A DNA stretch of 63,291 nt, filler included, from Sphacelaria rigidula (taxonomy: Eukaryota): assembly GCA_964200075.2 (NCBI GenBank). It is 9 parts of 9 records of this genome, joined end to end, with 100 filler letters (N's around TTAATTAATTAA, not from the genome) between each part and the next. Parts side by side here need not be neighbours in the genome. Positions count along the whole stretch, not along the records: positions 49,306 to 56,248 come from CAXNAA020017290.1; positions 56,349 to 63,291 come from CAXNAA020017291.1; 7 more parts are not named here. One strand, 5' to 3'. The position numbers and the translations under genes are program-made. The notes beneath the pieces were generated by a model that was not told the DNA's origin, searched no databases, and saw only the letters and a program-made list of their open reading frames with translations. Every line of letters starts with the position of its first letter. The first letter of the stretch is position 1. Shown one piece after another: positions 49,206 to 63,291 of the stretch.

Positions 49206-50570
49206 NNNNNNNNNNNNNNNNNNNNNNNNNNNNNNNNNNNNNNNNNNNNTTAATTAATTAANNNNNNNNNNNNNNNNNNNNNNNNNNNNNNNNNNNNNNN
49301 NNNNNAAGGGGGGGGGGGGCCAGGGCCGAGGGACAAAGGGGGGCCACACCATGTCCCCCCCCCCCCCCCCCCCCCGCCATACTCCGAATCCCCCCTCCTC
49401 GGAACGAGTCTGCGGTCTCAAGGAATCAACTTCTCTCCGTCGGCACCCATTTTACTATCGAGAAACTGGATAATAACCATCAGCAAATCAGCAACTCGTT
49501 TTTTTGCTACTCGCATCCTCATGCTATCAACAACGGAAACCATATTCTGCTCAGGGTAGCGCGTATGTCGGGATTCAAATTCATAACCTTCAACACTAAC
49601 TGGCTATTGCTGTACCATTTTAATCTAGGCCACCAGGGTACAGTGGTCACATGAAAGATATATATATATATATAACTATGTGACCACGGGTTCTAGAATC
49701 GGGCTAACGTGACGAACATGATAATAATATTATTAATTATAATAATAATAGTATAATAATAACAATAGTAATAACTCATGCAAATGGGTAATGTCACCAG
49801 GATGTACCGAAGCAAGGCTTCACGCTCTCAATCCGCTGTGTATAGCTCATCTACGTGAATATAAACCGGAGCTTGGCCACCAACGACCCTGGTCTTGCTC
49901 AATCCAGGTTATCTCTCGTGATACATTGCCGTATAGAACGATTTCACCCTCTTCAGAACAGTGCCTGCTCAAAACCACAGATGGGCGCAGCCTAGAGTCG
50001 CCGCTGATGACAACAATGCACCAAGGTGCATTCCAAGAGGACATGGGGTCCTAAAGGGGTAGAGTGAATCTCGTAGCGTTCCGCTTGGTCTGTCAGCACA
50101 AGTGCCAGCAGATGCGGATACGAGCATGGCCTTTTGGAAACGTTGCCCTGCAAAAATTGCATCCTGGCTTGACCACCCTCAATAACTACCCACAAACTTC
50201 ACAACTACAGCACACCACGCACGTGAGAGAAATGAAACAAGAATGGCCATAACAGCACCTTCTTCATGCAAATGAAACTACTTCTTATAACCATTTGTAC
50301 AAGAGCTGCTCTAAAGCGGCATATTGAACGGGAAGATGAGAGGATCGGCACCATTTCCACGATTTCGACGGGGGAAAACGTCTGAAACGGATAGTTGTAA
50401 CGATTGTTCTGAAACGATAACACAGATCAACTGTTCCGAAACGGTAACGTAAAAAACTGTTCCGAAACGATAACGTTTGGGTAAACAAACAAGGGTACCG
50501 CTCCGCAATCTGTAGTGTAGTATGACGGAGAATAGCGTAGTGGGGTCAAGTATAGTTTCGTGTCGCCTAC

Positions 50571-53220
50571 CTTCAGGTCGCGAGTCCGCAGATTGCGACG
50601 GCGGATCATGTCGAACACACGCCCAGGAGTACCCGAAACCACCTGCGCCAACCGTACACACCGCACGGAACACGCGAAGCTATGAGACGGTAACCAGGAG
50701 GGGTAAAGCATGTGCAACACAAGCGCACAACGAGCAAAATCATCGACACCGAGGCAGAGCAAGTGCATGTATCGAGGCGACAGGCTCACGTGTACATGGC
50801 AGGACGCATCTGCATCAATGTTGGGGAAGACAGGCGCGACTCCCAAAAAATGACGCGAGAACGACCCACAAGAGGGGGTTCATAAAGTCGCATGAAGTGC
50901 GCAACCGCACACGCATTCTAAAAATCAGCACAGTAACAAAATGCAACATAAGCGTGAGTGGACAAAACCTGAACAGAACAAAACAAAATGGGTAGGTCGA
51001 CACATGGAGCTGGCCTGCAAGGGAGTAACTTTCCCATTGTTCGACCAATAAGCTTCGCAATCGATACACAATGTGACTCGCTAAAGTACAATCCAACAAC
51101 AACAACGAAGACTCGTGCAGCCAAACGGAGAAGGACAGCGGAGCTACTCGAAAACAGCGCCGTACACTGGAGTCGTGAAAAGCAATCTTGACCGCAATAC
51201 GGTCGGGCACCGCTCCTTAAAGGGATCGCATTATACTGGGACACCCACGTACCTGCACTCCGTAGTCGAGGCGGCGGATATCCTCTCCGATGCTTTTGCC
51301 CCCGATGCAGGCGTGACATTGCACGTTCATGAAGTCCCCGAGAGCCAAAATAACCTAATGGTTGTCGACAACAAAAACGCATCGCCACGATTGGGAGAGC
51401 TTTGACTTCCAAACGTGTGATGGAAATTTCCCCTTGGTGAGTGCAAGGATTCCTACGGGGCAACATTAAACGTGTTTAGTTACGGCCAATAACATCCCCT
51501 GTGAAAATCTACGTTGTTTGATTTCAGACAAGCGCACTACTGCTACTTCATTACAAAGCTGCACAATACCACTCATGAATGACCTACTTCGCGACAATGT
51601 ATCTGTGGATCCTGACCAAATATTTTACGGAAATGGAAGAAAATCCAGCGATGAGGCAACGAACCGCAACATGGTCTTTTTTCAGCCGCCCCTATTACAA
51701 ACCATACCGTTTCACACAGACATGGGTAGATCATATTGATTCACGCAGATCGACGAACACCATGCAATGAATACTGTAAACGCAGCAGCACACACCTTTT
51801 GGGTCTGCTCCGCCAGTTCACGGGTGGGCGAGAGTACCAACGCCTGCGTGTCTGAAGAGGAGGTGTCCAGCATCTGCAGGATGCCCATGGAGAACACCGC
51901 CGTCTTACCCGTACCAGACTGTTGTCAGAGACCGTGTTTCGATAAATATTTGGCAAAAGACGATAAAAAAGGCATGGAAGCAGCAGGATAATGAAGGATT
52001 ACAGTGCACGATATTGTAACAGGAGGATTGATTGAAACGTTGCCTCACCGCTCTCCCTACTACAAGTATCAGTACTGCTGTTGCTACTACTGCTTCATCC
52101 CTACCGTTTCGAGACGCGACTGTATCACACCAGAAACGCACGCCGTACTATTTATTTATCAAACAAAAAAATGATGAAATTAAAGAAGAGAGGCTGATCT
52201 GCGATACATACGATTATTACCTGGCTTTGGGCGATGACATCACGTCCGGTGGTGATCGGTTTCACAGCCCGCTGCTGCACAGCCGAAGGGCGCTCGAAGC
52301 CGTAGGCGTAAACCCCACGCAGCAGCTCATCCTTTAGCCCCATGGAATCGAAGTTCTCCACCACCTGACCAAACCAGCGAGAAACAAAAAAACGAGCGGG
52401 AAAATACGAAACAACTGTTGCCCACTATTTTGATACTGAAGAGGGGACATTTCGGGGTTTCGTTACCACCGTCACGGGGTTTCTGAGATACCGGATTCCC
52501 ACCTCCCCCATGTCTACAGGACCTTTCGACATTATCCGATATTTGCATGCAGATTTTTTTCATATATTTGCCCGATTCCAGGGTGACCCCGCCGCAAGAG
52601 AATATTGTACGTGTCGAATCCTGCGTGTGAAGTAGGGTGCACGCCTAGCCGTGGTGTCAAAACTCCATGGTTGGTACGTCCTTCTTGGTCAAAGCTCAAC
52701 CCTGACCCTGACCCTGAACCTAATGCCATAATTCAAACGTTAGCCCAAGGCAGCCGGGAAACTATTGGGCAGGGGGTTGGGCGCAGTCGGCGCGCCCTAG
52801 ACAAGAGAGTGCCTCGGCACTTGATTGGTGAATTGTTGCACATGAACCGTCCCGCTTGAATTCCAACCGTGGTCATAACCCATGCTCGACACGTAGTAAA
52901 CACAGGATGCCATCATAAAGAAAGGAGAAGGCAAGCGGGATGATACTAGAATAGGCGCCAGGCTGAGAACAGGTACAATTCCTGATAAATCTTACCGACA
53001 GACCACTGCCGGCGCTTCCAGTGCGGCTTCGTGCAAGAAGCACGGCCATGAGAGAAGCACTGCTATAGGGCTAGGTGTTTTGCCGGGATGTCGATAAAAT
53101 CACAGAATCGCCACAATTTGTCACTGTCCAACCTCGACTCTATGTTCCAACGGTTTCATCGCTTGCTCACCTCGACATCCCCCTCGATGGTGAACTCCAT
53201 GTTCTCATCTTCGTCGAAAT
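50571..53220 (-). CDS. EIF4A3: DEAD-box helicase eIF4A-III (exon junction complex), partial, 5 exons
   Basis: Exons 53220-53171 ([16 protein letters not shown]), 52364-52221 ([29 protein letters not shown]...GRDVIAQSQ), 51918-51796 (SGTGKT...SPTRELA), 51354-51253 ([29 protein letters not shown]) and 50642-50571 ([19 protein letters not shown]). These residues fit eIF4A-III better than eIF4A-I. The first exon and the DEAD exon were not found on the contig. Confidence 0.93.
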
Positions 53221-56200
53221 CTGCAAAGAAAATAAAGAGGAAACGATTCAAAAGGGCAACAACACTATTATGTATAAACAATGGAAACAAAATAATGCTC
53301 ACGGCAAAAAAGCGCATGCTTGAAACGAACCAGTTCGATGTCAGTCACCGTAATATCTAACGCACTATCCACATCCAGTCAGATCCGACACGGGTCACAT
53401 GGTGTCACCGCTCAGCTAGCCACCAAGTCGGGATGTTTGCTGTAACCGCATGTTATAGTGTCAACCTTCAATCACATCGGACATAGTCACCTGCATCGTT
53501 TTGATCACTCAACGCGCCAACCGTTGGCCGGCTTCCACAGTACCTCCGTACCTTACGCTGGGATTGCTCATTGGATATGGTTACTGTCTCACACCAAACC
53601 CAATATCTTTACTTAATGGACGGAAGACGAACATGCTCACGGTTATGGTGCAGATTCACATACAGTACAGTACGCCCCGAGCGGCTGGAGGGAGGTCACT
53701 ACGGGCGGCACAACTATGCTGACCCGTGACACACATCAACGGCACGGAATCACTGCGTTGTGCGGACTACACCCAGAAAGAGGGGTCCACGCCGTGTTGG
53801 GCACTGTGACCCACGTATGATATGCACGTTGTTCACTGAGCCACGTGTGCGACCATCAACATACATCTAACTCGTGGCTTTACGGAGGGAAGGTGTCGGG
53901 GGTCGAATTGATAACAAGATGTCGGCCGGTGTTTAACTTGATTGATTGATCGAATGGTTGTTGCACTACCGTAAGTGATCGCCGATAGATCCAAGGAATC
54001 CAGTTCAGTCATTATCCACATGACAGCCGTGACCCAAGGTAAACGGAACGGGAACACTTGCCGGAGTAAATTCCAGATACAGAGGAGACGACAAACGCAA
54101 CGACAAGCATGAAAACACCACCGATATGAAAACGCGGCCTGCATTCATCACACGAACCACAGCCGTTAACTCGTCAATCTTCTCCAACGCGAAAATGTGA
54201 TGATCTGGCCCTTGCACCTTCACGTCACCCTCGTACCTACCTACTACAGAACCCCCTACAACAGTGTAGAGTATTTGGTAAGGGGCACTGCGACTCTCCC
54301 ATGAAACGATGTTTTGCGCTCCTCGTCATCGCTGGAGTGGCGGGAACATGACACACGGTGTTCATGTACATTTGAACGCTGCTACAGCCGTGTTGTAAGT
54401 GGTAGCCGTGGTTCTCTCAGCACGGTACTGCCACGCACTCGCCAGTTTGGGTGAGTTTTGTGCTTTGGCAACATATGTTGCGCCGTGAAGGTAACACCTT
54501 ATTTGCCTGTTCGTCACGAGAGAGTCAGCCAAGTAAGACGACACCCACAAACTGCGGAGTCAGGCACAACCAGCTATTGGCCCAGCTGTACTGCACTGCA
54601 TTCCCCACCACTCTACACACCACGCTATCTTTTTGTATTTCTTTTATTTCATTTTATTTTTTTATTTGTCGCACTTTGAACTCCTCCCCTCCCTCGGAAC
54701 GAGTCCGGTCTCCAGGTATCAACGCATGCATCTCTCCCCGGTACACGCTTTGCATTTTGGTCTCGCGGATAAGGACATGACTGGACATGACTATCAGCAC
54801 TCCCGCACCGCATCAACGGGCCTCGAACAAACCCCGTCGACTATTTTGTTCACTTAGGCTCTCACGCTTTCGACGTGGAAATCAGATACTACCAAGAAAA
54901 ACTCAACGCATCGAGAATCGAACCTTCGTTCTCTCTACCCTGATGACGACAGTCGGACCATCACACCACCGGGGCGCGGCGGCATCCTGCTCATTATTCA
55001 TGTTTCCTGTCAGGAGCAGGGTGGAATGTGTACCCGGTACTCGACAACGCTTACTGTCACTGATGCATACAATATATATATGTTCAGCGCGTCAAGCATG
55101 TGAATATCAAACGAGCATGCATCAGACTCTACTCTACAGCCATACCAGGGAGAAGAAAGCGAGACACGCCAAAAAAGCATATGTCCCTGTTCGACAAATC
55201 TGACCGCGAACAACATGGACGTACGTGAGCTACAGCAAAGCGACGATGCCACGCTCAGAGTCACCGACGTATGCATCATGTCGGGCGAGTCAAGCATGCG
55301 AAACATGGAGAAGCATCTGCCTCGTAACATTGATAAAGGAAGGTATTCGAATGTCGGGATGGGTGGAAAAACGTCCGGTGGTTTCCGTCTTCCGTAATGA
55401 AAGCACAAGCTGTACGAAACGCAGCCTTCATTCATCGCACGACGTCCATTCATCAACGTTTTTCAATAAAACACAATGGTGATCTGGACGGTGTTGCTCT
55501 ACGCTGCTCCTTTTGCTTTCTTTACAGAAACCCGGACAATTAACGTCTTCGTATCCACACAAGCTATGTCGTTCTGTTCAATTTTTTTTTTCTTTCTGTT
55601 CCTTCTTTTCTTCAGAGCGTGTTTCAGTTTCGTTTTCCTTGGGTACGTCGATCATGACACCACGGCTGGACCCCTGGGGGGTCAGTTAAAGTGCGACAAT
55701 CAATAAAAAATCAATCAACTACAGTATCCAGTATCCAGTAAGGGGGACTGCTGATCTCCCATACAGAAATGGCCGAAACAGTGGGAAAGTCAATCTGATG
55801 TCCACGGGGGGAGTGGATTCTCAACACATAAATGTCAGGAAAAGTGGGAAGTCAACCTGATGTCAGGTCGACACAGCGGCCTGATTTCATCACGCAAACG
55901 GGACCCGCGAGCCTCGATAAGCGACGACAGAGCACTCGCTGAAATCGACCATGCGCAGCAGCCTCCTCCGTGCATCCATGAGTCGACGAGTTTACAGGCA
56001 TTTGAACCACAACTCTCAACCCTTGGATTGCCGAGTATACTACTACAAGAGTCATCATCCAGTGAGTTCGTGCGAGTCAATGCAAGTCCTCATGACTAGA
56101 GTTAAGCGTACGACTGCGTATGCAGTTAAGATCGTAATTTCGCCACCACTGCTCGGTTCGCAGCGGATCAATTAATGCGCGACAGTAAAAAAGACACTTT

Positions 56201-56373
56201 CTACGATACCCCCCCCTCCAAAATCAGCCAAAAGTGTCACGAAAAAATNNNNNNNNNNNNNNNNNNNNNNNNNNNNNNNNNNNNNNNNNNNNTTAATTAA
56301 TTAANNNNNNNNNNNNNNNNNNNNNNNNNNNNNNNNNNNNNNNNNNNNGATAAATGGGTAGATGGGGGGGGAA

Positions 56374-56408
<35 letters not shown>

Positions 56409-57232
56409 ACATAGGGTCCAGGAATTTTTTTTCCGGACGCCCTTGTCTACAGGGTACGAGTATTTCATACTCAGTTCCGATCATAAAACGAATCCTCTGG
56501 AGGGCATCTGATGCTCCAGTGACTTCTGAGGTCTGAATCCCTCGAGAATAACAAAAAAATGGTGCTCTGGGGGGCTGCGCATCCTCCAAGAGTTCCCCAA
56601 GAGGGTGCGCGGCCCTCCAGAGGCAAAACAAGCTTCTGGAGGCGTTTAGTTTCTCTGGAAGCTCAAAACGTTGTCCGGAACAGAGCATTTTTGGGGGTAG
56701 CCGAATGGTCGCGTCTGCGCCAGGCAGATATATATGTGCATTTTGAATAATCTCCATAGCGACAACGAAAAGGGAATGGAACGCCAAGGGATTCGACATT
56801 CATTCGACATTATAGATATATTTTACTGTACTACCCACGTGTTGTGTGTGTTATCTATGGTGCTGAAAATGTGCCAGTTGTACAATATACGTGCACACGG
56901 CCCCAACGCCTTGATCAAGACAAATGGGGCGATCTCTACCGTTGACGGGGGCTCTACGGGCGGACAACGGACCGTGAGTTTGCGCAGTCGGTAACGAGCA
57001 TCGAAGATGATGGTGAAAGGAGATGGATATAACCCCCCCGCCGATACAGTAAACAAGGGGATATTCGCAAACCCCGAAAATGCCGAAGAAGCCATGTATG
57101 ATTCCATGCATCCTGGGTGGGGCACATGTCTGCGCTATACACTGCGTAGCTCAGAGGACATATTATTGTGTTCAAGTACTGCTGCAAGCGCTACGGCGCG
57201 TGTCCCATGCGTACACGTATCCCACAACGTAC

Positions 57233-58653
57233 CGGAAACAGTCAGGATATTGTCGTCGACCAAGTGCAATCGGGCACCACCGAACGAGCACACCTCGCCG
57301 ACGGAGTTGTTGCCTTCGGCTGCAAGACCGTGCACTACATCCGCAGCACGAGTCCATTCGTGGGCGCGAACTCTCCCAGCGGTACGCGATAGGTGTCCGC
57401 CTTCTCCGTCAAGCATGTCGGGGTCGGACCAATAGCTGGACTGATGCATGTTCAGAGATCTGGTGTATTACTCGTACAGTGTTGAAGGAGACGAGCGAAG
57501 GAGGGTGAAACGCAGCACGAACGGGGTGAGTGGGGATCCTGTCGGGAGGCAGTCAGCGCAGCAGTACATCTCGACAATGATGAAATAATAAAAGCGGGAG
57601 CGGTGTAGGGCACTGTTTCTCGATAAAACATCCAACCGTATGTTTTTCAGTTTGACGATTGCCGAGAGAACTGGTACCGTCCACGTAAGGATGGTGTACA
57701 AACTGTCACAATTCCTAGTCGGGGTGGGTGGATTGGGATGGATTTTGTTTCTTTGTTTTTTAATGATGGGTAAGACATATTTTCCCGAATCTTTCCGCCC
57801 GCGTCTAGTGTTACTACTTGACCGCTGCTGGCAGTATCACACCCGTGATCCTTTACCTGGACATCAATTCGGAGTGCCAGTTACGCGCGATCTCACGAGC
57901 ATCTTGTTGCCGCCTAGTGACGGTACCGGGCGACAACTTCACGCTGAGGCCACGCACCCCATCAAGGGTCATGGTGCGCCCATGCTTCGTCACTAAAGCG
58001 CAGTTTTCCGCACCCGTTTTCTCAAGACTATCGTCATCAACAGCAGACCCCTCCCCGTGGTCAAGAACACCGGGCGCGATCTTGAGCGCAGATAAAAATG
58101 GTCCGGCCGAAGTTAGCCCCAAGCGAGACGGATTTTCCAGCATATGTTCCGCCGCGGGTGGCGATACTGACACCACGAAGCACGCGCCATGCGCAGCCGA
58201 ATGCGACACGGTGTGTACCGACGCGGGTCCACCATCGAACTCTTTCTCGAGATTGGCGCGTGAATGTAACGCATGTCCATACTCCGCGCACGCCAGGTAC
58301 GGTGCGACCGTGGCCGCGATGGCAGTGCTATCGACGTTATCAGCAAGCAGCCTCTGGCGTTGCCAATCGTACGCCGCCGCATATGCACTGTGATGCAAGC
58401 CAGCGGCGCCGGCGAAGTCTTGCGCTGCGGTGGTTCGCAGGATGGAGTGGACGAGGTCGAGAGGCGGGTAGTTGTCATCGATGTTATTGTTGGAGGGGGT
58501 AGTGGTGCTGCTGGTATCTTTGACTGCCTGGGGCGTAGGGCGTGCTAAGGTGGTCGCGGCAGATGTCGGTGTGGGGGCGGCAAGGATCAGCGCCGCCGCA
58601 GCCGCCGCTGCTGCTGCCGTTGATGCGGCTGACGCCAGAGACCATACCCGCAT
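57233..58653 (-). CDS. N-terminal exons of a secreted protein of unknown family (possibly the pro-region of a subtilisin-like S8 protease)
   Basis: ATG at 58653 starts a signal-peptide-like segment (MRVWSLASAAS...ALILAAPT). Exon 58653-57857 (donor GTAAAG) joins in phase 2 to 57459-57233 (SLNMHQSSYWSDP...NILTVSG). No catalytic motif is visible, and the S8 idea rests only on recalled resemblance. Confidence 0.65.
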
Positions 58654-61600
58654 ATTTTTCTTCTTCTCCGCTGTTCTTTTGGTTGCCGTGGTGGTAGTGT
58701 CACGGATGGGGCAAAGTCTATTACTGTCGACATTGTTTTTCTCGCAGATGTCAAACTTTTCCAGAGTTTTCGGACTCTGGGTTAACTCTTGGACGGCGAC
58801 CCCCCCACAGGTGGACTGGCATACACTACGCCACATTTGACGTTGAGAACAGCTCCTTTCAACCTACACAAAACGCCTTCTTTCGTAATCAGGTGGATAT
58901 TGGACATCTATATAGGAAATAGTTCCGGAGAACCCCTGGCCGGTTTTGACAGTGCAGTAGATCGGATACGCACGCTATATCTATATGCTGGATACAACAG
59001 CATGAAACAGTCAGCGTGTCATTGCCTTCCACTGAACACAATTTACTACTGCTGCTGATACATCTGCTTAGTGTTGCACAACAACACTCCAGCAGCGTGA
59101 AGCTATGCTGGCGGCATATACATGAGGCGTCAGACAGGCGGCACAGACCTCGAGCAGAGTACAAAACAGGCTATTTGTACCCATGCAATCCATGGTTGAA
59201 TCGCCATGACCAAAATGAGAAATACCGGTAGAAAGCGAAGTAGTCCACCTGTAGGGGAACTACGTGGTCATTTTGACGGTCATGGTTGGTCAGAATCGTC
59301 ATTTTGGTGCCTCTCGGGCCTTGTTCCTCGCTAAAAATATTCCTCCGGAAAATTACTAACCCACATGGCTGACTTGGTGAGCTTTTCGGCTGCTCTGCAA
59401 ACAAACAAACAAACGAACAAACAACCCCCCCCCCAAAAACAACCACTCCCCGGCCATACACTGGTAAACCCCGAATATTTCCGAACCGTCAGTCTGTCAA
59501 ACTCTTCCGAGGCGGAGCTCGCTGTTTAACCCCTGGACCGTGAATGTAGTTCATCTGGACTATGCACACTTTTTCAAGTGAAACTGATGCCGATTCAACA
59601 GATGACCTACTCTCGCTGTCCAAGGGTTTTAAAGGGCTTAACCGGTTGACCGCGAGGTGTGGCGATCTGCTTAATCAGCATAATTTGTGCCATTTTTCGG
59701 GTGTGGATGATGCCGAGGCAACAGATCGCCTACCCTCGCCGTGAAACGGTCAATACCTCTCCGGGAATGAAGCGGCTTGATTTATCCCTCTGAAGCTTCA
59801 TTTCTGAAAAATCCAAAAAATTCTGACGACAACGCAGAACTTCGGAGAGGGGCCCTTTGAATGCGCCGTGGCGCTCGCAAACATTCGAGAATAATCGGGT
59901 AACTCGCCAATTCCGACAATTTCGGAGATGTCCAAAAAACAGTGTCGATAACAATGGGCTTTACTGTGTCTCGTACACAGCGATAGCGTGTGTCAGCCGC
60001 AGTTGTTGCACGAGGAACTATTACTCCGCAACCCAGCCTGTGTTTTGTTTTGGGAACGTGCAACAGCGGCGAGGTGAAGGTGTCTGAGGGATCATGCTGA
60101 CAACTTACATATTACATAGGTTCGTATAGCAAAGACTTTGTCGATGTCTCTGGTGTCTATGGGTCAACCACACTAAACGACAAGTGTGGAGCTGCAGAGT
60201 TTCCACGGTTAGGACAAATCATCACGACTCAAAATCATCAAATTCACGATTTCTTCGGCCTGATTGCNNNNNNNNNNTGATTGCCCAAAAGGGAGAAAGA
60301 AGGTGATCGCTGGTCCAAGGGGTATCCACGCAACTTTTGCGCCATTCCACGTGGTGTGTGGGCTGCGTGTACCTGGATTGCAACGCTGAAATAAAGTCGA
60401 GGGATTGATTCGTCACGACGAGTCGACTCATTATACTAAAACCAAGTCATTTCCAGAGGAATCATTAGTTGTCCGACCCTTGAAAGCTTCTCACTTCAAA
60501 CTATATACTACGAACGTTCGTTGTGATCCACCAACGTTGCCTGCCCGCAAGTAAGAGTGCGTATAGTAGGTGCGACCACATCAGGTGCACCGTTTTACGA
60601 TGGCTTGGTGCTCAAAACGTACAGTTTGTGTCGAGGACAGGGGGCATTGCCCACAATTCATCGCGGATTATTGCGTACACGCAGCCATTTGGCTATCTCC
60701 CGAATTCCTCCTGGTGGGTAAACTTTTCGAGCCTCCAGAGGAATTAATCGCCTGAGGGGTGCTCGGCCCTTCAGAGGATTTTTTTGTTTCCTCCAGAGGG
60801 GTTAAACGCCTCCGGAGCCTTATTTCTGCGTCTAGAGGGCCGCGCATACCCCCACACTTCTCCGGAGGAGTTTGCGGCCCTCTCCAGGTCGGTAGAGCTT
60901 GGTTTTCTCCACAGGAAGGCCTCCGGAGATTTTTTTCCCTCTGGAGGGCCGCGCATCCCCCCGGAGAAATGTGGGGGGTAGCCAAATGGCCGCGTGTGCG
61001 GTTATCTCATGTGCCGAAGAGTAGCCATAAAGATTACAGATTACGTCTTGCAAAGACAGATGTGGCATACTGCCCGCAGACCATTATTTCCGACATTCGT
61101 ACGTACCATCATGCGATTTTTCCGCGAAACTTCTGTGCGCGGGCAACAAGCCTTGATGTTGATCGTTTTTCGGTAAGATGCTGCTGGTGTGCATCTGGTA
61201 ATCCTCGCACGCATGGTTGCCAGATTGCATATAGTGCATTCAGTGCACAGAGTGACGGTGCACCTCACGGGCAGCAGTGTGTTGAAAGTGTAACTGTGAT
61301 GACTTGTGTAGAATACACGATGTTCGACTGTCAACTTGGGAGGAACAATCGGTTCAACACGTGAACCCAGCTCTGACAATGGAGCTCGTAGAGGCTGAAC
61401 AGAATTTGCTTGTGCAATGAAAGGAGAAAAATGGTTGATAGTTGATTCGATCGGCAGAATAAACAAAACCAAAAGTTTTACCCCTTATTTAGGCTACTTC
61501 TTAGGGCGTGTCTTATCAATTTTTTTCCGACTCGAAAACGTGCGGTCGAATCGAACTGGCCGTTGCGAGACCGAATCTGATATGCCCACGGCATTTGTGT

Positions 61601-61772
61601 TCCTAGATAGATGGCTTCAAGTCCATTTTATAATTAGTTGCGCGCGACGGGCAGGGTCAAAAACAGAAAAGCTTAGCTTTTCCGAGCGAAACGAGCGGCG
61701 GAATGAACGAAGCGACACGTAACCCCCATGTTGCAGACAACCGTGCCAGATACTACCGTACCCTGTCACAGA

Positions 61773-62792
61773 GCCCAAATGGTTCATTCGCAGCTATTGA
61801 ATACTTACTCAACCTTGCGGCACAGTAGATCACGAACTGAGCGCAAGGATACAGGAATACACCCACTCCAGTGATGGGAAACCGATATCCCCACTGTTTT
61901 GGCATGATGTGTTCCTTTTTGTTCGCGAAAACTTGGACACCCAATTTTGTGACAAGGTCCACCGACGGAGACGGAGTTGCGTATTGTGGTGGGCGATCGA
62001 ACTACCAACGCGCTCCTGGATATTCGAGGGGGTGCAAAACTGCACATGGTTTAAATTTGCTTCGTATCCTTGTGTATGCAGAGAGTCAGAAAGCTGTGCT
62101 ATCTGTCAAATCTGCTGTATGTATGTCGCGTTGCCCGCTTCTTTTCCACATCGCGGCTGCATGCTGATCGAAACACACGCACCATCTACACAACACAGTA
62201 GTACAGGCCGCCGCTGTTGTACAGTCTGGTGCTTCATTGATTGACTGATATATGGGTGAAGAAGTACCAATGTTGCAGACAGCCCTGCCAGGTACCACCC
62301 TTTCACAGAATTACGCAAAACCCAAATGCTTCATTCGCAGCTACGTACTCAACCCTGCGACATAGACCACGAACTCAGGACACGGATATACACTGCAGCA
62401 GTGATAGAAACCGCCACCACCACACTTATAGCATGATGTGTTTCTTCTTGTTGGCAAAAACTTGGGAATCTAATTTTGTGGTAGGGTCCATCGACACAGT
62501 TGCGTGTCAAGGTGGGCGATCGAACTGCCAACGCGCTCATGGACAACAGTAGAGTCGGTGAAAAGCTGCACTCAAGTTCAAAATCTGCTTCGCATCCTCC
62601 TGTATCCAGAGAGACAGAAAGCTGTGCTGTCTGTAAAATCTGCTGTGTGCCGCGTTGCCCGCTTTTTTTTCACATCGCGCCCCAATGCCGAGCGAAACAC
62701 ACACCATCCGGACAGTACAGGCCGCCACTGTTGTACAGTCTGTACTGTCTGTGCTGTACTGTAATGTGTTTTGAATACGAGTAAAGAAGTAC
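61773..62792. repeat. Diverged tandem duplication of a ~500-bp unit
   Basis: 61773-62269 and 62321-62792 both begin CCCAAATG(G/C)TTCATTCGCAGCTA, share GGTGGGCGATCGAACT(A/G)CCAACGCGCTC and CAGAAAGCTGTGCT, and end AAGAAGTACC. Confidence 0.8.
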
Positions 62793-63291
62793 CGCTTCAC
62801 GAATTCGCTTAGCCTTCTCGATTCAAAGCGTGCAAATTCGCTCGGATCCAAACCTAGCAAAGCGAACTGAATCAATTCTGCCGCACGAACTCGTTCGAGT
62901 CGGAAAAAAAATGTTGAGACACCGCCTCCGACCCACTTTTTTGCACGAATCTTGGTTTTTTCAACATCGGGGGGACAAAAAATCGGGGAACGCATAGTAT
63001 GGACACGGATTTGGGCCACATCGGGGGCGAACAAGTCGGGGGGTCACGATCTCGAGACGGTTTTCCCCCATTTTTCGAAAAAGTCGGGGGAAAACCGTTC
63101 CGAGGTCGTGACTCCCCCGATTTTTTGAGGTGACGTACGTGCATTGACGTACACTCCCAAAGTACGAGGCGTTTGGTATTTTTGCAACGGCAGCAGAAAA
63201 CAGCCGATTCTAAATTTCGGGGTTCAACACTAAAATGGGGCTGAAGTCGCATTTCTCTATCGCAGGGAAGATACGAAAGAGTAACACAGAG

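Noticed and set aside
11702-53220. Functional cluster of HypX-like, peptidase, PIG-U, RCC1 and eIF4A-III genes
   Set aside because: Each gene lies on a different, artificially joined contig.

Overview
Eukaryotic, intron-rich, repeat-dense DNA, most likely from a brown alga. The taxon is inferred from gene structure, (TTAGGG)n repeats and repeat style, and is not proven. The window is not one locus. It is nine unrelated pieces of 6944 or 6943 bp, sorted by length and joined by artificial 100-nt N44-TTAATTAATTAA-N44 spacers, so adjacency across spacers carries no meaning. Genes rebuilt by hand from GT-AG exons: (1) the C-terminal enoyl-CoA-hydratase-like domain of a HypX/HoxX-like protein (4 exons, minus strand), (2) a partial oligopeptidase B/PREPL-like S9A peptidase, (3) an apparently complete PIG-U GPI-transamidase subunit, (4) two RCC1-repeat exons, (5) the 5' part of eIF4A-III, and (6) the N-terminus of a secreted protein. 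Mobile DNA includes a decayed tyrosine-recombinase (DIRS/Ngaro-type) retrotransposon, a LINE fragment, many LINE 3' tails ending in poly(C), tRNA-derived SINEs, hAT-type MITEs, foldback elements and a MITE carrying telomeric repeats. The standout is the spliced HypX-like gene. In bacteria HypX makes carbon monoxide for [NiFe]-hydrogenase, an enzyme eukaryotes lack, so it is a candidate algal CO-forming enzyme. Second is a LINE family with poly(C) tails that appears to insert into C-rich and telomeric tracts.
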